Of a stretch of DNA of 64,000 nt, positions 38,906-52,213 are shown in pieces. Every line of letters begins with the position of its first letter. Position 1 is the stretch's first letter. Below the pieces are notes generated by a model. That model had not been told where the DNA came from. It searched no databases and worked only from the letters and a program-made list of their open reading frames with translations. Origin of the DNA: Puniceicoccaceae bacterium (lineage in GTDB: Bacteria > Verrucomicrobiota > Verrucomicrobiia > Opitutales > JAFGAQ01); assembly GCA_040224245.1 (NCBI GenBank), contig JBEGIR010000004.1, positions 26,707 to 90,706 on the forward strand, written 5' to 3'. The position numbers and the translations under genes are program-made.

Positions 38906-41365
38906 TCAGTCGGCAGCCCTGGGGCCAAGGGTGTTGACCACAGCGATTGCAGATGAAAGACCCTCGGCACTTGCCGTCAGGATGAGCGGTTCCGAATGTT
39001 CTGGAGCCTGCACAATGACTTGGGCAAGCCCGTTAAAGAGGCTGCGTCGCATGGCCTTGTCGGACTCATGACTGCTCGGATCACCATTTCCAACACCGAT
39101 GATCTTCCCTGCTTTTACTTCGAACTCAACCATCGCGTTGGCTGTCGGTACAGGTCGACCCTGAGCATCAACTGCGGAGACCGTGAACACCGCGATGTCG
39201 CTCCCATCAGCACGGATTTCATCCCGATCCGGAGTCAACACCAACTGCACAGGCTCGCCAGTGGTTTCCACGGTCGTGCTGCAAACCAATTCCCCACTGC
39301 GATAACCCTGAGCAAGCAGGGTTCCCGACGCATAGGGCACTGACCATTCAAGATGAGAATACGGCACCAGCGTTTGTCGCCCAAGACTTTCACCATTGAG
39401 GAACAGCTCAACTTCATCACAGTTGCTGTAGGCCCATACCTCAATGGATTCGCCTTCCTTGCCCGCCCAGTTCCAATGCGGGAAGAGGTGCAACAGGGGT
39501 TCCTCGCTCCACCATGCCTTGAAATAATAGGCGGAGTCCTTGGCAAATCCGCAGGTATCGAGAATGCCAAACTGTGAACTGATCGCGGGCCAACCAAAAG
39601 GCGTGGGTTCACCGCGATAGTCAAATCCCGTCCAGATGAACATGCCTGCAAGGAAGCGGTGTTTCGCATAGTGGGACCAAGCCTGCTCTGCGCTCGAACC
39701 CCAGTCAGAGGGATCCCAGTCGTAGGCGCGAAGATGGCAGGAATCCAAGTCATCCATGTAGACGCCGCGTGTCTGGGTCAATGCACACTCCTCAGACCCA
39801 AGCAGGATCTGATCCGGACGCTTCTCATGCCACTGTGCCGGGGAATATCCGGACTTCGCCATGTTATCGAGATAGTTGATGCCCACCACCTCAATCGGAC
39901 CTGAATTTCCTCCACCCCAGCCACCGCTGATCGCAACCGTCGCCAAGCGGGTGGGATCCAACTGCTTCACAAACGCCTGAGTCGCCGCCGTGAGCCGGGC
40001 ACCCACATCCGTTCCTTCCACAGCCCATTCCTCATTCGCAATCGACCAGAGAATGACACTGGCATGATTGCGGTCGCGTCGGATCATTCGCTCCAAGTGA
40101 TCATAGTGGTAGGTCGTCGTACCCAGCAATCGATTCTCGTTGATCACCAACATGCCCAGCCGGTCACAGGCATCCAACAACTCGGGTGCGGGTGGATTGT
40201 GTGAACTGCGGTAGGCATTGCTCCCCAGTGCCTTGAGCTTGCGAATGCGGAAATCCCAAAGGGCGTCCGGCACTGCAACTCCAACACCAGCGTGGTCCTG
40301 ATGATTGTTGGTTCCTTTCAGCACCACCCGTTTGCCATTCAGAAAGAACCCTTCATCCGCGCTCCAACGCAGCGTGCGAATTCCAAAACTCGTCTCGTAT
40401 CGATCCACAAGTTGCCCTGACTCATCAGAAACGAGGGTTTCGATGCGATGCAATATGGGAGACTCAATCGACCACAGTTCCGGTTCGGAAACCCAAAGCG
40501 AGGTGGACACTTCAACCCATGCTCCACCCGTGACTTCCTGGTTGCGGAGAACTCTGCTCGACAGCAGGGTGTCGTCGGAACCCAAGAGTCGCTGCTCGAG
40601 GTGAAACACCGCATCACTTGCAGCATCATTTTGAATGCGAGTCTGGATCGAAACCTCTGCTTTTGAATGATCGGGATTCACTTCACTGGTTACAAAGGTC
40701 CCCCATCGTGCAACATGCAGGGGCGAGGTCTTGCAGAGCCATACGTGACGGTAGATGCCTGCTCCTTCATAGAACCAACCTTCTTCCAGTGACGCATCCA
40801 CCCTTACCACCACCACATTGTCGCCGCCGTAGTTGAGTATCTCAGAGATATTGTAGGCAAAACTACTGTAACCACTCTGCTCCGTCCCAAGGTAGTGCCC
40901 ATTGACCCACACAATCGAATTTCGGAAAACACCATCAAACTCCAGTGAGATGCGTTTCCCAAGGTCCGATTCAGGAATGTGGAAGGTTTTGCGGTACCAT
41001 CCCACACTGTTCTCGGGGAAATTGCGTCCGATCGCCTTGAAACCATGCGAACCACTGCCCTTTTCACTGAACGGCAGCTCCACGGCCCAGTCATGCGGCA
41101 GGTCAAGCGTGCGCCAGTTTGAATCCTCAAATTCCACTGCCGACGCACCCGATGCAAACCCAGCCTTGGCAAAATAGGAAAAAGTGCCAGTGGCATGATC
41201 AAAGTCCTTCGCCGGGTCACTCGCATGGCCGAGTGCAAATCGCCAGTCCGCGTCAAACTGGATTCGCTCGCGCACGACTTGATCCGAAGCATGCAGCACA
41301 ATGGGAGGAAGCCCTGCCATTACCAACATGGCCGTCAGGGTCAGAATGTATCGGGATCTTTTCAT
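38906..41365 (-). CDS. Secreted glycoside hydrolase family 2 enzyme (beta-galactosidase/beta-glucuronidase-like), 819 aa
   Basis: Signal peptide MKRSRYILTLTAMLVMAGL. GH2 sugar-binding, Ig-like and TIM-barrel order. Acid/base region ILWSIANEE. Confidence 0.85.
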   Translation of the reverse strand: MKRSRYILTLTAMLVMAGLPPIVLHASDQVVRERIQFDADWRFALGHASDPAKDFDHATGTFSYFAKAGFASGASAVEFEDSNWRTLDLPHDWAVELPFSEKGSGSHGFKAIGRNFPENSVGWYRKTFHIPESDLGKRISLEFDGVFRNSIVWVNGHYLGTEQSGYSSFAYNISEILNYGGDNVVVVRVDASLEEGWFYEGAGIYRHVWLCKTSPLHVARWGTFVTSEVNPDHSKAEVSIQTRIQNDAASDAVFHLEQRLLGSDDTLLSSRVLRNQEVTGGAWVEVSTSLWVSEPELWSIESPILHRIETLVSDESGQLVDRYETSFGIRTLRWSADEGFFLNGKRVVLKGTNNHQDHAGVGVAVPDALWDFRIRKLKALGSNAYRSSHNPPAPELLDACDRLGMLVINENRLLGTTTYHYDHLERMIRRDRNHASVILWSIANEEWAVEGTDVGARLTAATQAFVKQLDPTRLATVAISGGWGGGNSGPIEVVGINYLDNMAKSGYSPAQWHEKRPDQILLGSEECALTQTRGVYMDDLDSCHLRAYDWDPSDWGSSAEQAWSHYAKHRFLAGMFIWTGFDYRGEPTPFGWPAISSQFGILDTCGFAKDSAYYFKAWWSEEPLLHLFPHWNWAGKEGESIEVWAYSNCDEVELFLNGESLGRQTLVPYSHLEWSVPYASGTLLAQGYRSGELVCSTTVETTGEPVQLVLTPDRDEIRADGSDIAVFTVSAVDAQGRPVPTANAMVEFEVKAGKIIGVGNGDPSSHESDKAMRRSLFNGLAQVIVQAPEHSEPLILTASAEGLSSAIAVVNTLGPRAAD

Positions 41366-41398
41366 GTTCGAACGTTTGGGGATGGGTTTGGGTGTTTC

Positions 41399-44719
<3,321 letters not shown>

Positions 44720-44735
44720 TCAGGGTCATCTCCAC

Positions 44736-46826
44736 TCATTCCGTAATCACATCAAGCTCGGCATATCCGGCTACTGCGTCACCAGCGGTATTGCTCAACG
44801 CCTGCAACTTCACATACCTGGCAACCACGGGATCAAAGGGTTTCGTCTGCATCACCGGATTGTTCCGGATATTGGAAAACTCACCGTCACTCACGAGTTT
44901 CCAGTCACGTCCATTCTCAGACACCTCGAATCGATAATTCACAAGTATCCCGCGACTCCACTTTTCCTGATCCGGAAGGTATCGAAACCCCTTGAGCGTG
45001 TGCTTCTCACCCAAGTCAATGACCAGATCCACGGGCATTTTTGCGCCGTCCTGTTGATGCCAGGCCGTCGACGGATCCCCGTCCAACACCCTGTTTGCAT
45101 CCTCATCGTCAATGCCAACCAGTTTCCAGTGCTGCTTTGAAATATCAAAGGTTGCACTACCCATGGCACCGGATTTCCCCGTGCCCGGATCATATGCAAT
45201 CGCTCGTATTTCGCACTTTCCATCCATTTGAAACGGTCCCTGGTACAGATTGGATTCGAGCGTCGGTTCGCTTCCGTCAACCGTGTAATAAAACAGGGGA
45301 CCCACATCGACAGAATGGATTCGTACCCTACCTTCCTGGTTCCTTTCAATCTGTGGGGCATTCAGGAAAAGCGGTGCATTGAAGATACCGATGTTCGAAA
45401 TCAGCGGACTGCACTTGGCATCTTCAATCACGATTCGCACTTCTGTTGCCTCAACGGAGGGGAAGCGAAGGATGCGTTTGTACCCGATTGTTGTCCCCCT
45501 CGCAATCTCCTGCCATGTCTGACCAACACGGGTTTCCAGCCGAAAGGATCGCACGCGTTGCCCAAGGGGGATGTGTTCCTGAACCAGAAAGCGGTTGAAC
45601 AGTCTGGGTTCGTCAAACGTCATCGTCAAGGTAGCCTCCACCACTGAGTCATCCGTTGCCCAGTATGTTGTGGGGTCCTCATCGGCAACCATCGCCGCAC
45701 AAAAACGCTCCACACCTCCACGCACATTGCATGCCTCAATCCTTGCATCCGCCAGCAGATTTTCATCAAAAATCTCCTTCAGCGCCTTCGCCAATCCCAA
45801 TGCCGCGCTTTGGTCATTTTCATGAATGCTCCCGTCGGGCATGATCGGAAAATTCAGCAACAGTGTGGCGTTGCGCCCGACAGAGTGATAGTAAGTATCG
45901 AGGAGTTGCGGCACGGTTTTCACGCGATCATCCTCATTCGGATGGTAGAACCACTCCGGTCGGATCGAGGTATTCACCTCTGCCGGAACCCATGCGTTTC
46001 CATCTTCCAATCCATAGTGCAGCATCCTCCACTCCACCTCTCCGGTTGCATTCAAGAGACTCCAGTTGGTCTCTCCGACATAACCTTCTTCCGTGCCAAC
46101 CCAGCGCAGGTCTCCCCGCTTGCCCCCATCATTCCAGATCACGATATCAGGCTGGAGTTCCCGAACCAATGCGTAGGTATTTTCCCAATCGTAATAGACG
46201 GACCGATCCACATTTCGCACCTCATTTGCGCCTCCATAATACCCGTCACCGCCATGTGCTCCGTCGAACCATACTTCAAAGATCGGCCCGTACTGCGTGA
46301 GCAGTTCCGTCAACTGATTCCGAAAATAAGTGATGTACTCTGGGCGACCATAGTCCGCATGATTGCGATCCCATGGCGACAGGTAAACTCCAAACTTGAG
46401 TCCAAATTCGCGACAGGCTTCCGATAGTTCCTGAACCAAATCACCGTTTCCGTTTTTCCAGGGTGCGTTCTTTACCGAATACTCTGTGTATTTTGACGGC
46501 CACAGGCAAAACCCACTATGGTGTTTTGCGGTAAGAATAATGCCCTTCATTCCAGATTCCTTGCAGATGCGTGCCCATTCCCGACAATCCACGTTCTCTG
46601 GATTGAACAGTTCGATATCCTCATTTCCATACCCCCAGGGCTGGTCCGTGTAGGTGTTCAAGGAGAAATGGATAAACGCATAGTATTCCATCTCCTGCCA
46701 GCGCAGTTGGTTTTCCGATGGTGTCGGCCCGCAGGCTTCAGGTTCGGTAACTTGTGCACCACAATGCCATGCAAGGAAAAGCATCATGCTGGCGACGAAT
46801 TTGCGGATCATTTGTATTGCTTTCAT
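44736..46826 (-). CDS. GH29 alpha-L-fucosidase with two F5/8-type-C (CBM32-like) modules and a CHB_HEX_C-like module, 696 aa
   Basis: Signal peptide. GH29 segment GIILTAKHHSGFCLWPSKYT. Discoidin-type DGDPSTAWHQ and DEDPTTYWAT. FYYTVDGSEPT module between them. Confidence 0.88.
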   Translation of the reverse strand: MKAIQMIRKFVASMMLFLAWHCGAQVTEPEACGPTPSENQLRWQEMEYYAFIHFSLNTYTDQPWGYGNEDIELFNPENVDCREWARICKESGMKGIILTAKHHSGFCLWPSKYTEYSVKNAPWKNGNGDLVQELSEACREFGLKFGVYLSPWDRNHADYGRPEYITYFRNQLTELLTQYGPIFEVWFDGAHGGDGYYGGANEVRNVDRSVYYDWENTYALVRELQPDIVIWNDGGKRGDLRWVGTEEGYVGETNWSLLNATGEVEWRMLHYGLEDGNAWVPAEVNTSIRPEWFYHPNEDDRVKTVPQLLDTYYHSVGRNATLLLNFPIMPDGSIHENDQSAALGLAKALKEIFDENLLADARIEACNVRGGVERFCAAMVADEDPTTYWATDDSVVEATLTMTFDEPRLFNRFLVQEHIPLGQRVRSFRLETRVGQTWQEIARGTTIGYKRILRFPSVEATEVRIVIEDAKCSPLISNIGIFNAPLFLNAPQIERNQEGRVRIHSVDVGPLFYYTVDGSEPTLESNLYQGPFQMDGKCEIRAIAYDPGTGKSGAMGSATFDISKQHWKLVGIDDEDANRVLDGDPSTAWHQQDGAKMPVDLVIDLGEKHTLKGFRYLPDQEKWSRGILVNYRFEVSENGRDWKLVSDGEFSNIRNNPVMQTKPFDPVVARYVKLQALSNTAGDAVAGYAELDVITE

Positions 46827-47103
46827 GTGTATTGTGGAGCTTGAAAAAATCGAAGTGCCTGCGTTAGCAAAACGCTCGGCATGCGCTCGGGAAGCAGCAA
46901 GGCTTTGGAACTAGTGAACCCGGCGACGGGGATAGAGCTGTGCCAACTGAACTCAGCCCTCTTCCCTTCAGCATATCGTCATGGCCGATTCATTTTCCCA
47001 TCAAACAGGGTGGTGGATGCATCTCAAGCAGCCACCACCGTGTTGCATGGACCCCGACCCCCATGGACGGAGTCCCATTTTCTCGAACCCAAAAATGCTT
47101 CAA

Positions 47104-47159
47104 ACCGAAATGCCTCTCCCGACGGGATATAGTTCCCATCGGGAGAGCAAAGTTTCGGT
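47104..47159 (-). terminator. Long imperfect hairpin immediately 3' of the TBDR gene
   Basis: Outer arms ACCGAAA/TTTCGGT. Inner 14-bp stem CTCTCCCGACGGGA/TCCCATCGGGAGAG (one C-A mismatch) with loop tatagt. It starts 2 nt after the stop at 47161 and has no clean U-run. Confidence 0.5.
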
Positions 47160-47160
47160 A

Positions 47161-50100
47161 TCAGAACATGAATTTCATAGTGAAATTGAAGGTTTGTCCC
47201 TCCTGAATGCGCTGCTGGGCAACATCCCCGTTCGGGTTGAAGGACACCGGCACCAGACTGATGCTTTCGCCAACGTTTCTGACGTTGAGCTGCACCCTCC
47301 AGTCGATCTTGTCGGTCAAGCGACGCTGGTATCCAATCCAGAGATCCACATGCGAATCCGTTGGCCCATAGATGGGCTGGTTGACGTCAGCGATCCATGA
47401 GGTTTCACCGTAAATCTCGGTTTCATGGATGCCATATCCCAGAATCGCCTTGTCCTGCCAGCGAAAGGCACCACCGACGTTCAAACCTTCCAGAGTACCC
47501 TCCCGGAACGAGTAGTTCGTGATGAGGTTGAAGCGGTATTTCCGCAACTCCGGCTGTTCCGTGCCAATCAACGCAATTTGCGTGAGATAGGGTGCCCAGA
47601 GGTCGGTCAGGAAACTGTTTTTCGCTCCTTCAAACCCGCCCCAGATGCCTGCATACTGCAAACCACTTCCGAGGAACAGGTCCGCCATGCCCTGCAACTG
47701 GTGCTGTGCCGATTCACCAAGACCCGTCTGGGTGGCGTCCACTTTGGAACCGTTGAATGTGATATCCCAGTTCTTGAGCGGTCGGAACGTAACTTCCAGT
47801 TCCCATCCCTTGGATTCCAGGTTCTGGTCAATGGTGGGATATTCACCATGGATGGTGTCTCCGCCTCCGAGGAATGGGGATTCCCAGGACGGGAAATCCG
47901 TTCCCTTAATGATGTTAAACCAGTCGCCCGCTTTGATGGCCGCAACATCAATGTTGTAGCCGTAGGCATCCCAGTATTCCTGCGGGTACAGCTCGGTGAA
48001 TTCATTCATCATCGCTTCGTTCACCATCGCCGCCTCTTGAGGATGGTCGCTCATCCAGCCATAGGGCCAGTTCGCCCACGACTCCTTGGTCCAATCGTAC
48101 CAATCCGAGGAGGGAAGAACAAAATATCCGTTCTCATCAATCGGCAACGACTGGTGCGCCATGCTGTAAGCATGCTGAGTGAGCACCCATTCCGGCAGGG
48201 CACGGATCATGAAGGTGCCGAGCGGCTGTCCCACCGATGCAGATGCGTGCTGGTTTTTCGTTTTGAAGTAGGTCAAACGCGCAGTGAGACGACCGTCCAT
48301 GGCATCCAGCTGAACCGAATAGTCATCCGTTTCGCCCTTTTCATTGGGAAGTTGCGAACCATCAATGGCATATCGAATACGAGGAGTTTCATTCTCACCG
48401 TGGAAATAATAGAACGTGAGATCCGTTCCTTCGGGGAGCAGCTTCTTCAACGACTTTGGCAAATGCACGGCAACACCATAACTCGTGGACGTCGTCGTTG
48501 CCTCAACTCCCTCATCGATGATATCGTAATCGAGATTGTAGATCCGGGTATCCGGATCCCGGAACTGACTTGCTTCATTGCCACGCTGCAGCGTGGTATC
48601 TTCACGATAGCCAAACGAGGGGATGATTGTTCCCTCCCAAAGATGACCCTGATACAGGAACGCCTTGGAAGTGAGCCGCTGGTAGCGCTTGTTTCCTCCA
48701 GTTGCGAGCACATCCGGAAGCGAGTCACCATAAATCGTCGGCACCGTCGCACGGTAGTAGCCCCGATAATTGGCAGGATTGTCCGCCTGCACCTGGGTGA
48801 TTTCGTTTCCTTCCCGTCCGGTATACACCCACGGATCCGATGGATCAACCGAGTCACCTGCAGTCCATTCTCTCGAAAAGACAGTATAACCATAGGAACT
48901 CGGCGGGATCAAATCATGCTGCAGGTTGCTCAGGTTCGCACCTGCACCCGAGGTGCCCAGCATCGAGGGTCCCAAATACGCCAGCCAGTTGAAACCATTG
49001 TCAACCGGGAGCGGATTCGAGTTGTCACCGGAGTAGACTTTATAGATCGGATCCACTCCATTCAGCTTGTAGTTCCGGGATTCTTCCTTCCGCGTATAGC
49101 GTCCTCCAAGGAATGTGAACTCATGCCGGCCCAGCAGTTTTCCCCAAAATCCATCACTGCCAAAATCCCGCTCAAAATCGAGGTTGTAGGCCGCCGTGAC
49201 CTGATAATTATCACGCGTGGTCTTGTGAAAGTTGTTATGCCCCTGACTGCCATAGATTGCCGGTCGACCGACATTGGGATTGGTGGTTGCTCCCGGTAGC
49301 CAGGTCGGAGTCTTGAGGTTATGACTGTTCAGATCGAGAGTGATCAAAGGCGAACTCAGGATACCTTTATCGCCTCGCTCATACTCCTGATGATCCGCAA
49401 CCGCCTGGATCACCAGACGATCCGAAAACAAGCCTTGGACCACGCTCACATTGTAAGCCTTCCAGTCCTGCCATTCCCGTTTGTTGTTTCCGTCGATCAA
49501 TTTGTTGTAGAAATCAAAGATGCTGGAATCGTGCAGGGTATTGTCAAAATACCGCACCGTTCCGCGGTAGGCACCTGCGAACTCTCCGCCATCAGCATCA
49601 TTATTTGCCTGCCGATAGAAATAATTCATCGCCTTGGCGTAGGAGCTGTACCCGCCCGTGTGAACGTTCCACGTGTTTTCCAGCGTGTCATATCCATTGC
49701 CCGTGGGTGAAGTGAAGCTCGCCTGACCGGCATCCTGCAGCTGGCCCGTTGCCGCATCGTAGTAGAACTGAGGAGATCCATTACCCCACTGGTATTGATT
49801 GGAAAGGGACCCGCTTGAACTCCACAGACTTGCGTTGGGATCGATGCTGATGGACGTATTCATTGCGTAGGTCCACGGATTATAGCCCGTTGCACTCGCA
49901 TTGGGATCATTCAGGTATCCGGTTACGTAGTCGATGGGAGGAAGTGTGCGCGGGTTGTTCGATTCCACATCACCGGATTCGTAGCTTGCCTGGATTTTGG
50001 TGTAGGCGGTGTCAGTTCGGAGGAATTGAGGATCATAACGCACCGCAGCATAGAAGCGCTGGGCATCGCTGAACGCGGGTTCCTGCCGATACTCTGTGCG

Positions 50101-50862
50101 CTCGTCCAGAAGATTGACCCGAACCGAAAGTTCTTTGGCGATCAGCTCCCGATTGTAGTCGAGGGATGCACGCGCAGATCCATAGCTACCATAGCGAACT
50201 TCCAACGTTCCAAAGGTATCAAAAATAGCTTCGTTGGTTGAAACATTTGCAATGCCCGACGGGCTGCCAGTTCCAAACAAAAAGGAATTGGGGCCGCGCG
50301 AAATATCGACACGACTGATGTTGAATCCGTCCCAAGGAATATCACTCGGAAAGTAGTTCCGCGTGCTGTCCATCGCCGTAAGACCCCGAGCGCGATTGAC
50401 GCCGCCGGGATTATTCAGTCGCGTTCCTTCCGACGCTCCCGACGGGATACCTTGACCCCGAACACTCAGTCCCGAGAAATTTCCGTCCAGACCTGCGATT
50501 TCGGTGTTCAATGTGTAAATGAGCAGGTCTTCGGCATCTGTCACCGCCAAATCTTCCATCAGTTTGGGCGTGATGACTGAAATCGCCGAAGCGGTGTCTG
50601 CCAGGCTCGTGCGAACCCTCGAACCACCCAACGTGTCGACGGCTTTGTATCCTTCAAAATCCGTGCTTACAGTGAACGGATCGAGTTCAAATACCTCTTC
50701 TTCATCAATGCCTGCATCCGAGGCATCGGGCGCAGGTGTCAATTGGGCTTTCAGCGAACCCAACGGGAGAACAAGTAACGAAAGCAACAGCAACAGAGAC
50801 CAGGATGCGGTCTGTGAAAGCCGTCGAATCGAAACCTGAGATAACAGCATAGTATGATTCAT
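47161..50862 (-). CDS. TonB-dependent outer-membrane receptor, 1233 aa
   Basis: Signal peptide. Plug region FELDPFTVS...LGGSRVRTSLADTASAISVITPKLMEDL. Long beta-rich barrel with aromatic-rich strands and a terminal Phe (...FTMKFMF). Confidence 0.85.
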   Translation of the reverse strand: MNHTMLLSQVSIRRLSQTASWSLLLLLSLLVLPLGSLKAQLTPAPDASDAGIDEEEVFELDPFTVSTDFEGYKAVDTLGGSRVRTSLADTASAISVITPKLMEDLAVTDAEDLLIYTLNTEIAGLDGNFSGLSVRGQGIPSGASEGTRLNNPGGVNRARGLTAMDSTRNYFPSDIPWDGFNISRVDISRGPNSFLFGTGSPSGIANVSTNEAIFDTFGTLEVRYGSYGSARASLDYNRELIAKELSVRVNLLDERTEYRQEPAFSDAQRFYAAVRYDPQFLRTDTAYTKIQASYESGDVESNNPRTLPPIDYVTGYLNDPNASATGYNPWTYAMNTSISIDPNASLWSSSGSLSNQYQWGNGSPQFYYDAATGQLQDAGQASFTSPTGNGYDTLENTWNVHTGGYSSYAKAMNYFYRQANNDADGGEFAGAYRGTVRYFDNTLHDSSIFDFYNKLIDGNNKREWQDWKAYNVSVVQGLFSDRLVIQAVADHQEYERGDKGILSSPLITLDLNSHNLKTPTWLPGATTNPNVGRPAIYGSQGHNNFHKTTRDNYQVTAAYNLDFERDFGSDGFWGKLLGRHEFTFLGGRYTRKEESRNYKLNGVDPIYKVYSGDNSNPLPVDNGFNWLAYLGPSMLGTSGAGANLSNLQHDLIPPSSYGYTVFSREWTAGDSVDPSDPWVYTGREGNEITQVQADNPANYRGYYRATVPTIYGDSLPDVLATGGNKRYQRLTSKAFLYQGHLWEGTIIPSFGYREDTTLQRGNEASQFRDPDTRIYNLDYDIIDEGVEATTTSTSYGVAVHLPKSLKKLLPEGTDLTFYYFHGENETPRIRYAIDGSQLPNEKGETDDYSVQLDAMDGRLTARLTYFKTKNQHASASVGQPLGTFMIRALPEWVLTQHAYSMAHQSLPIDENGYFVLPSSDWYDWTKESWANWPYGWMSDHPQEAAMVNEAMMNEFTELYPQEYWDAYGYNIDVAAIKAGDWFNIIKGTDFPSWESPFLGGGDTIHGEYPTIDQNLESKGWELEVTFRPLKNWDITFNGSKVDATQTGLGESAQHQLQGMADLFLGSGLQYAGIWGGFEGAKNSFLTDLWAPYLTQIALIGTEQPELRKYRFNLITNYSFREGTLEGLNVGGAFRWQDKAILGYGIHETEIYGETSWIADVNQPIYGPTDSHVDLWIGYQRRLTDKIDWRVQLNVRNVGESISLVPVSFNPNGDVAQQRIQEGQTFNFTMKFMF

Positions 50863-50887
50863 GTTTTTATGGATGGGGTTATTCCAA

Positions 50888-50904
50888 TTAGCGAAATTCG
50901 CTAA
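50888..50904. promoter_or_regulatory. Perfect 17-bp palindrome (8-1-8) upstream of the TBDR gene; candidate operator
   Basis: TTAGCGAA-A-TTCGCTAA read directly, 26-42 nt upstream of the TBDR start codon (50862). Confidence 0.35.
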
Positions 50905-51117
50905 ATCTCTTCATTGGGTAACCGACATCCAGGCACGAAAGCCGCCAATTTTTTCAATTTTCTTTCGCTTCCAGCCTAAGCGCGAAATGGGGAACCAAAC
51001 CCAGCATGTATTTCTGCGCACGGCTCAACCCTGCAGGTTTTTCAGCCAGCTCCGATTCCAACTTGGAGTGTCACCACTGTTTGCGTTCCCTTCACCCCCC
51101 ACAAACCTTCCGGGAAA

Positions 51118-51546
51118 TCACACTTTCAGTTCTGATTGTTCGGCAAAGGGGATGTAGCTGCTGGCATAGCGAACATAAGCGACAGTGTCGATGGTCTTGA
51201 GCGCAGCCATTGCACGCTCAGCGATCGCACGCGTCGGAATTTCGGAATCAAACTCGCTGTCCAGCGACCGCATGAGGTCGGACATCAACATCGAGATTCG
51301 CTCCCCTTCCACTGGTCGCTTGTGAAGAGCTGTGCGCAGGCTTTCGAGCAGCTTCTTTGGGTCAAAGTCCTCAATGGTGCCGTCTCGTTTGACGACCACC
51401 ACGCCGTCCCGGATAATTTCCTCGGCAGTGGTAAAGCGCGCGCCACAGGCATTGCACTCGCGCCGACGTCGGATGGACTGTCCATCCTTGCCAGCGCGCG
51501 AGTCAATGACGCGAATATCCGTCGATTTGCATTGGGGACATTTCAT
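51118..51546 (-). CDS. nrdR: Transcriptional repressor NrdR, 142 aa
   Basis: Zinc ribbon MKCPQCKSTD...CNACGARFTTAE followed by an ATP-cone. Confidence 0.92.
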   Translation of the reverse strand: MKCPQCKSTDIRVIDSRAGKDGQSIRRRRECNACGARFTTAEEIIRDGVVVVKRDGTIEDFDPKKLLESLRTALHKRPVEGERISMLMSDLMRSLDSEFDSEIPTRAIAERAMAALKTIDTVAYVRYASSYIPFAEQSELKV

Positions 51547-51567
51547 GCTGAATGGAACTATGGAGGT

Positions 51568-52152
51568 TCAGCGGATGGAATCGAGAAAGTTTTGTAAAAT
51601 TTGTTTCCCGGCTGACGTAGAGTAGGACTCCGGGTGGAATTGCACTCCAAAAATAGGCAAATCACGGTGCTTGAGTCCCATGATCAGTCCATCCCTTGTT
51701 TCTGCCGTGATTTCGAGGCAATCGGGAAAGGTGCTGCGCTCCACAATCAGGGAATGGTAGCGTGTTGCGACAAAGGGATTTTCGATCCCGGCAAACATCG
51801 CATCGCCCTGATGCAGGATTTCCGAGGTCTTGCCATGCATGAGCATGGGCGCATGAATGACCCTTCCTCCAAAAAACTGGCCCATGCTCTGATGGCCCAG
51901 GCACACTCCGAACATTGGAAGCTGCCGATGATACCTGGCAATCACGTCAAGCGTCAGTCCCGCATCATTCGGCGTGCAGGGTCCCGGCGAGATCACAATC
52001 GCATCCGGTTTCAACTCCTCGATCTGGTCCAGCTCAAACCGGTCGTTCCGCCACACCGCCAACTCAACACCGAGTTCGCCCAAGTACTGAGCGATGTTGT
52101 AGGTGAATGAGTCATAATTATCGATCATCAAAATCATACCGGTCCTTTTCAA
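51568..52152 (-). CDS. trpG: Glutamine amidotransferase subunit of anthranilate/aminodeoxychorismate synthase, 194 aa
   Basis: Class-I GATase triad context GVCLGHQSM and VQFHPES. N-terminus ILMIDNYDSFTYN. TrpG and PabA cannot be told apart by eye. Confidence 0.88.
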   Translation of the reverse strand: MKRTGMILMIDNYDSFTYNIAQYLGELGVELAVWRNDRFELDQIEELKPDAIVISPGPCTPNDAGLTLDVIARYHRQLPMFGVCLGHQSMGQFFGGRVIHAPMLMHGKTSEILHQGDAMFAGIENPFVATRYHSLIVERSTFPDCLEITAETRDGLIMGLKHRDLPIFGVQFHPESYSTSAGKQILQNFLDSIR

Positions 52153-52213
52153 AATGCCCGTCCCCAGTCAGGTGTCGGAAAGCTCTCTGTGTCGCCGCGA
52201 TTCATGCATTTCC

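Noticed and set aside
47425-49299. 624-aa ORF on the plus strand, the longest unassigned ORF in the track
   Set aside because: It lies entirely antisense to the TonB-dependent receptor gene. It has an Arg/Gly/Val/Ile-rich, repetitive composition and no recognisable motif, whereas the opposite frame has clear TBDR features. It is a shadow ORF.
51033-51040. CCTGCAGG palindrome downstream of nrdR, considered as a terminator
   Set aside because: It is a contiguous 8-bp palindrome with no loop and no flanking stem or U-run, so it cannot form a useful hairpin.
50863-51117. Cobalamin or other riboswitch in the TBDR leader
   Set aside because: A B12-box-like string (GTCACCACTG, about 51069-51078) is on the wrong strand for the minus-strand gene, and I could not assemble the surrounding conserved elements. 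The receptor sits in a glycan-utilisation context, not a BtuB context.
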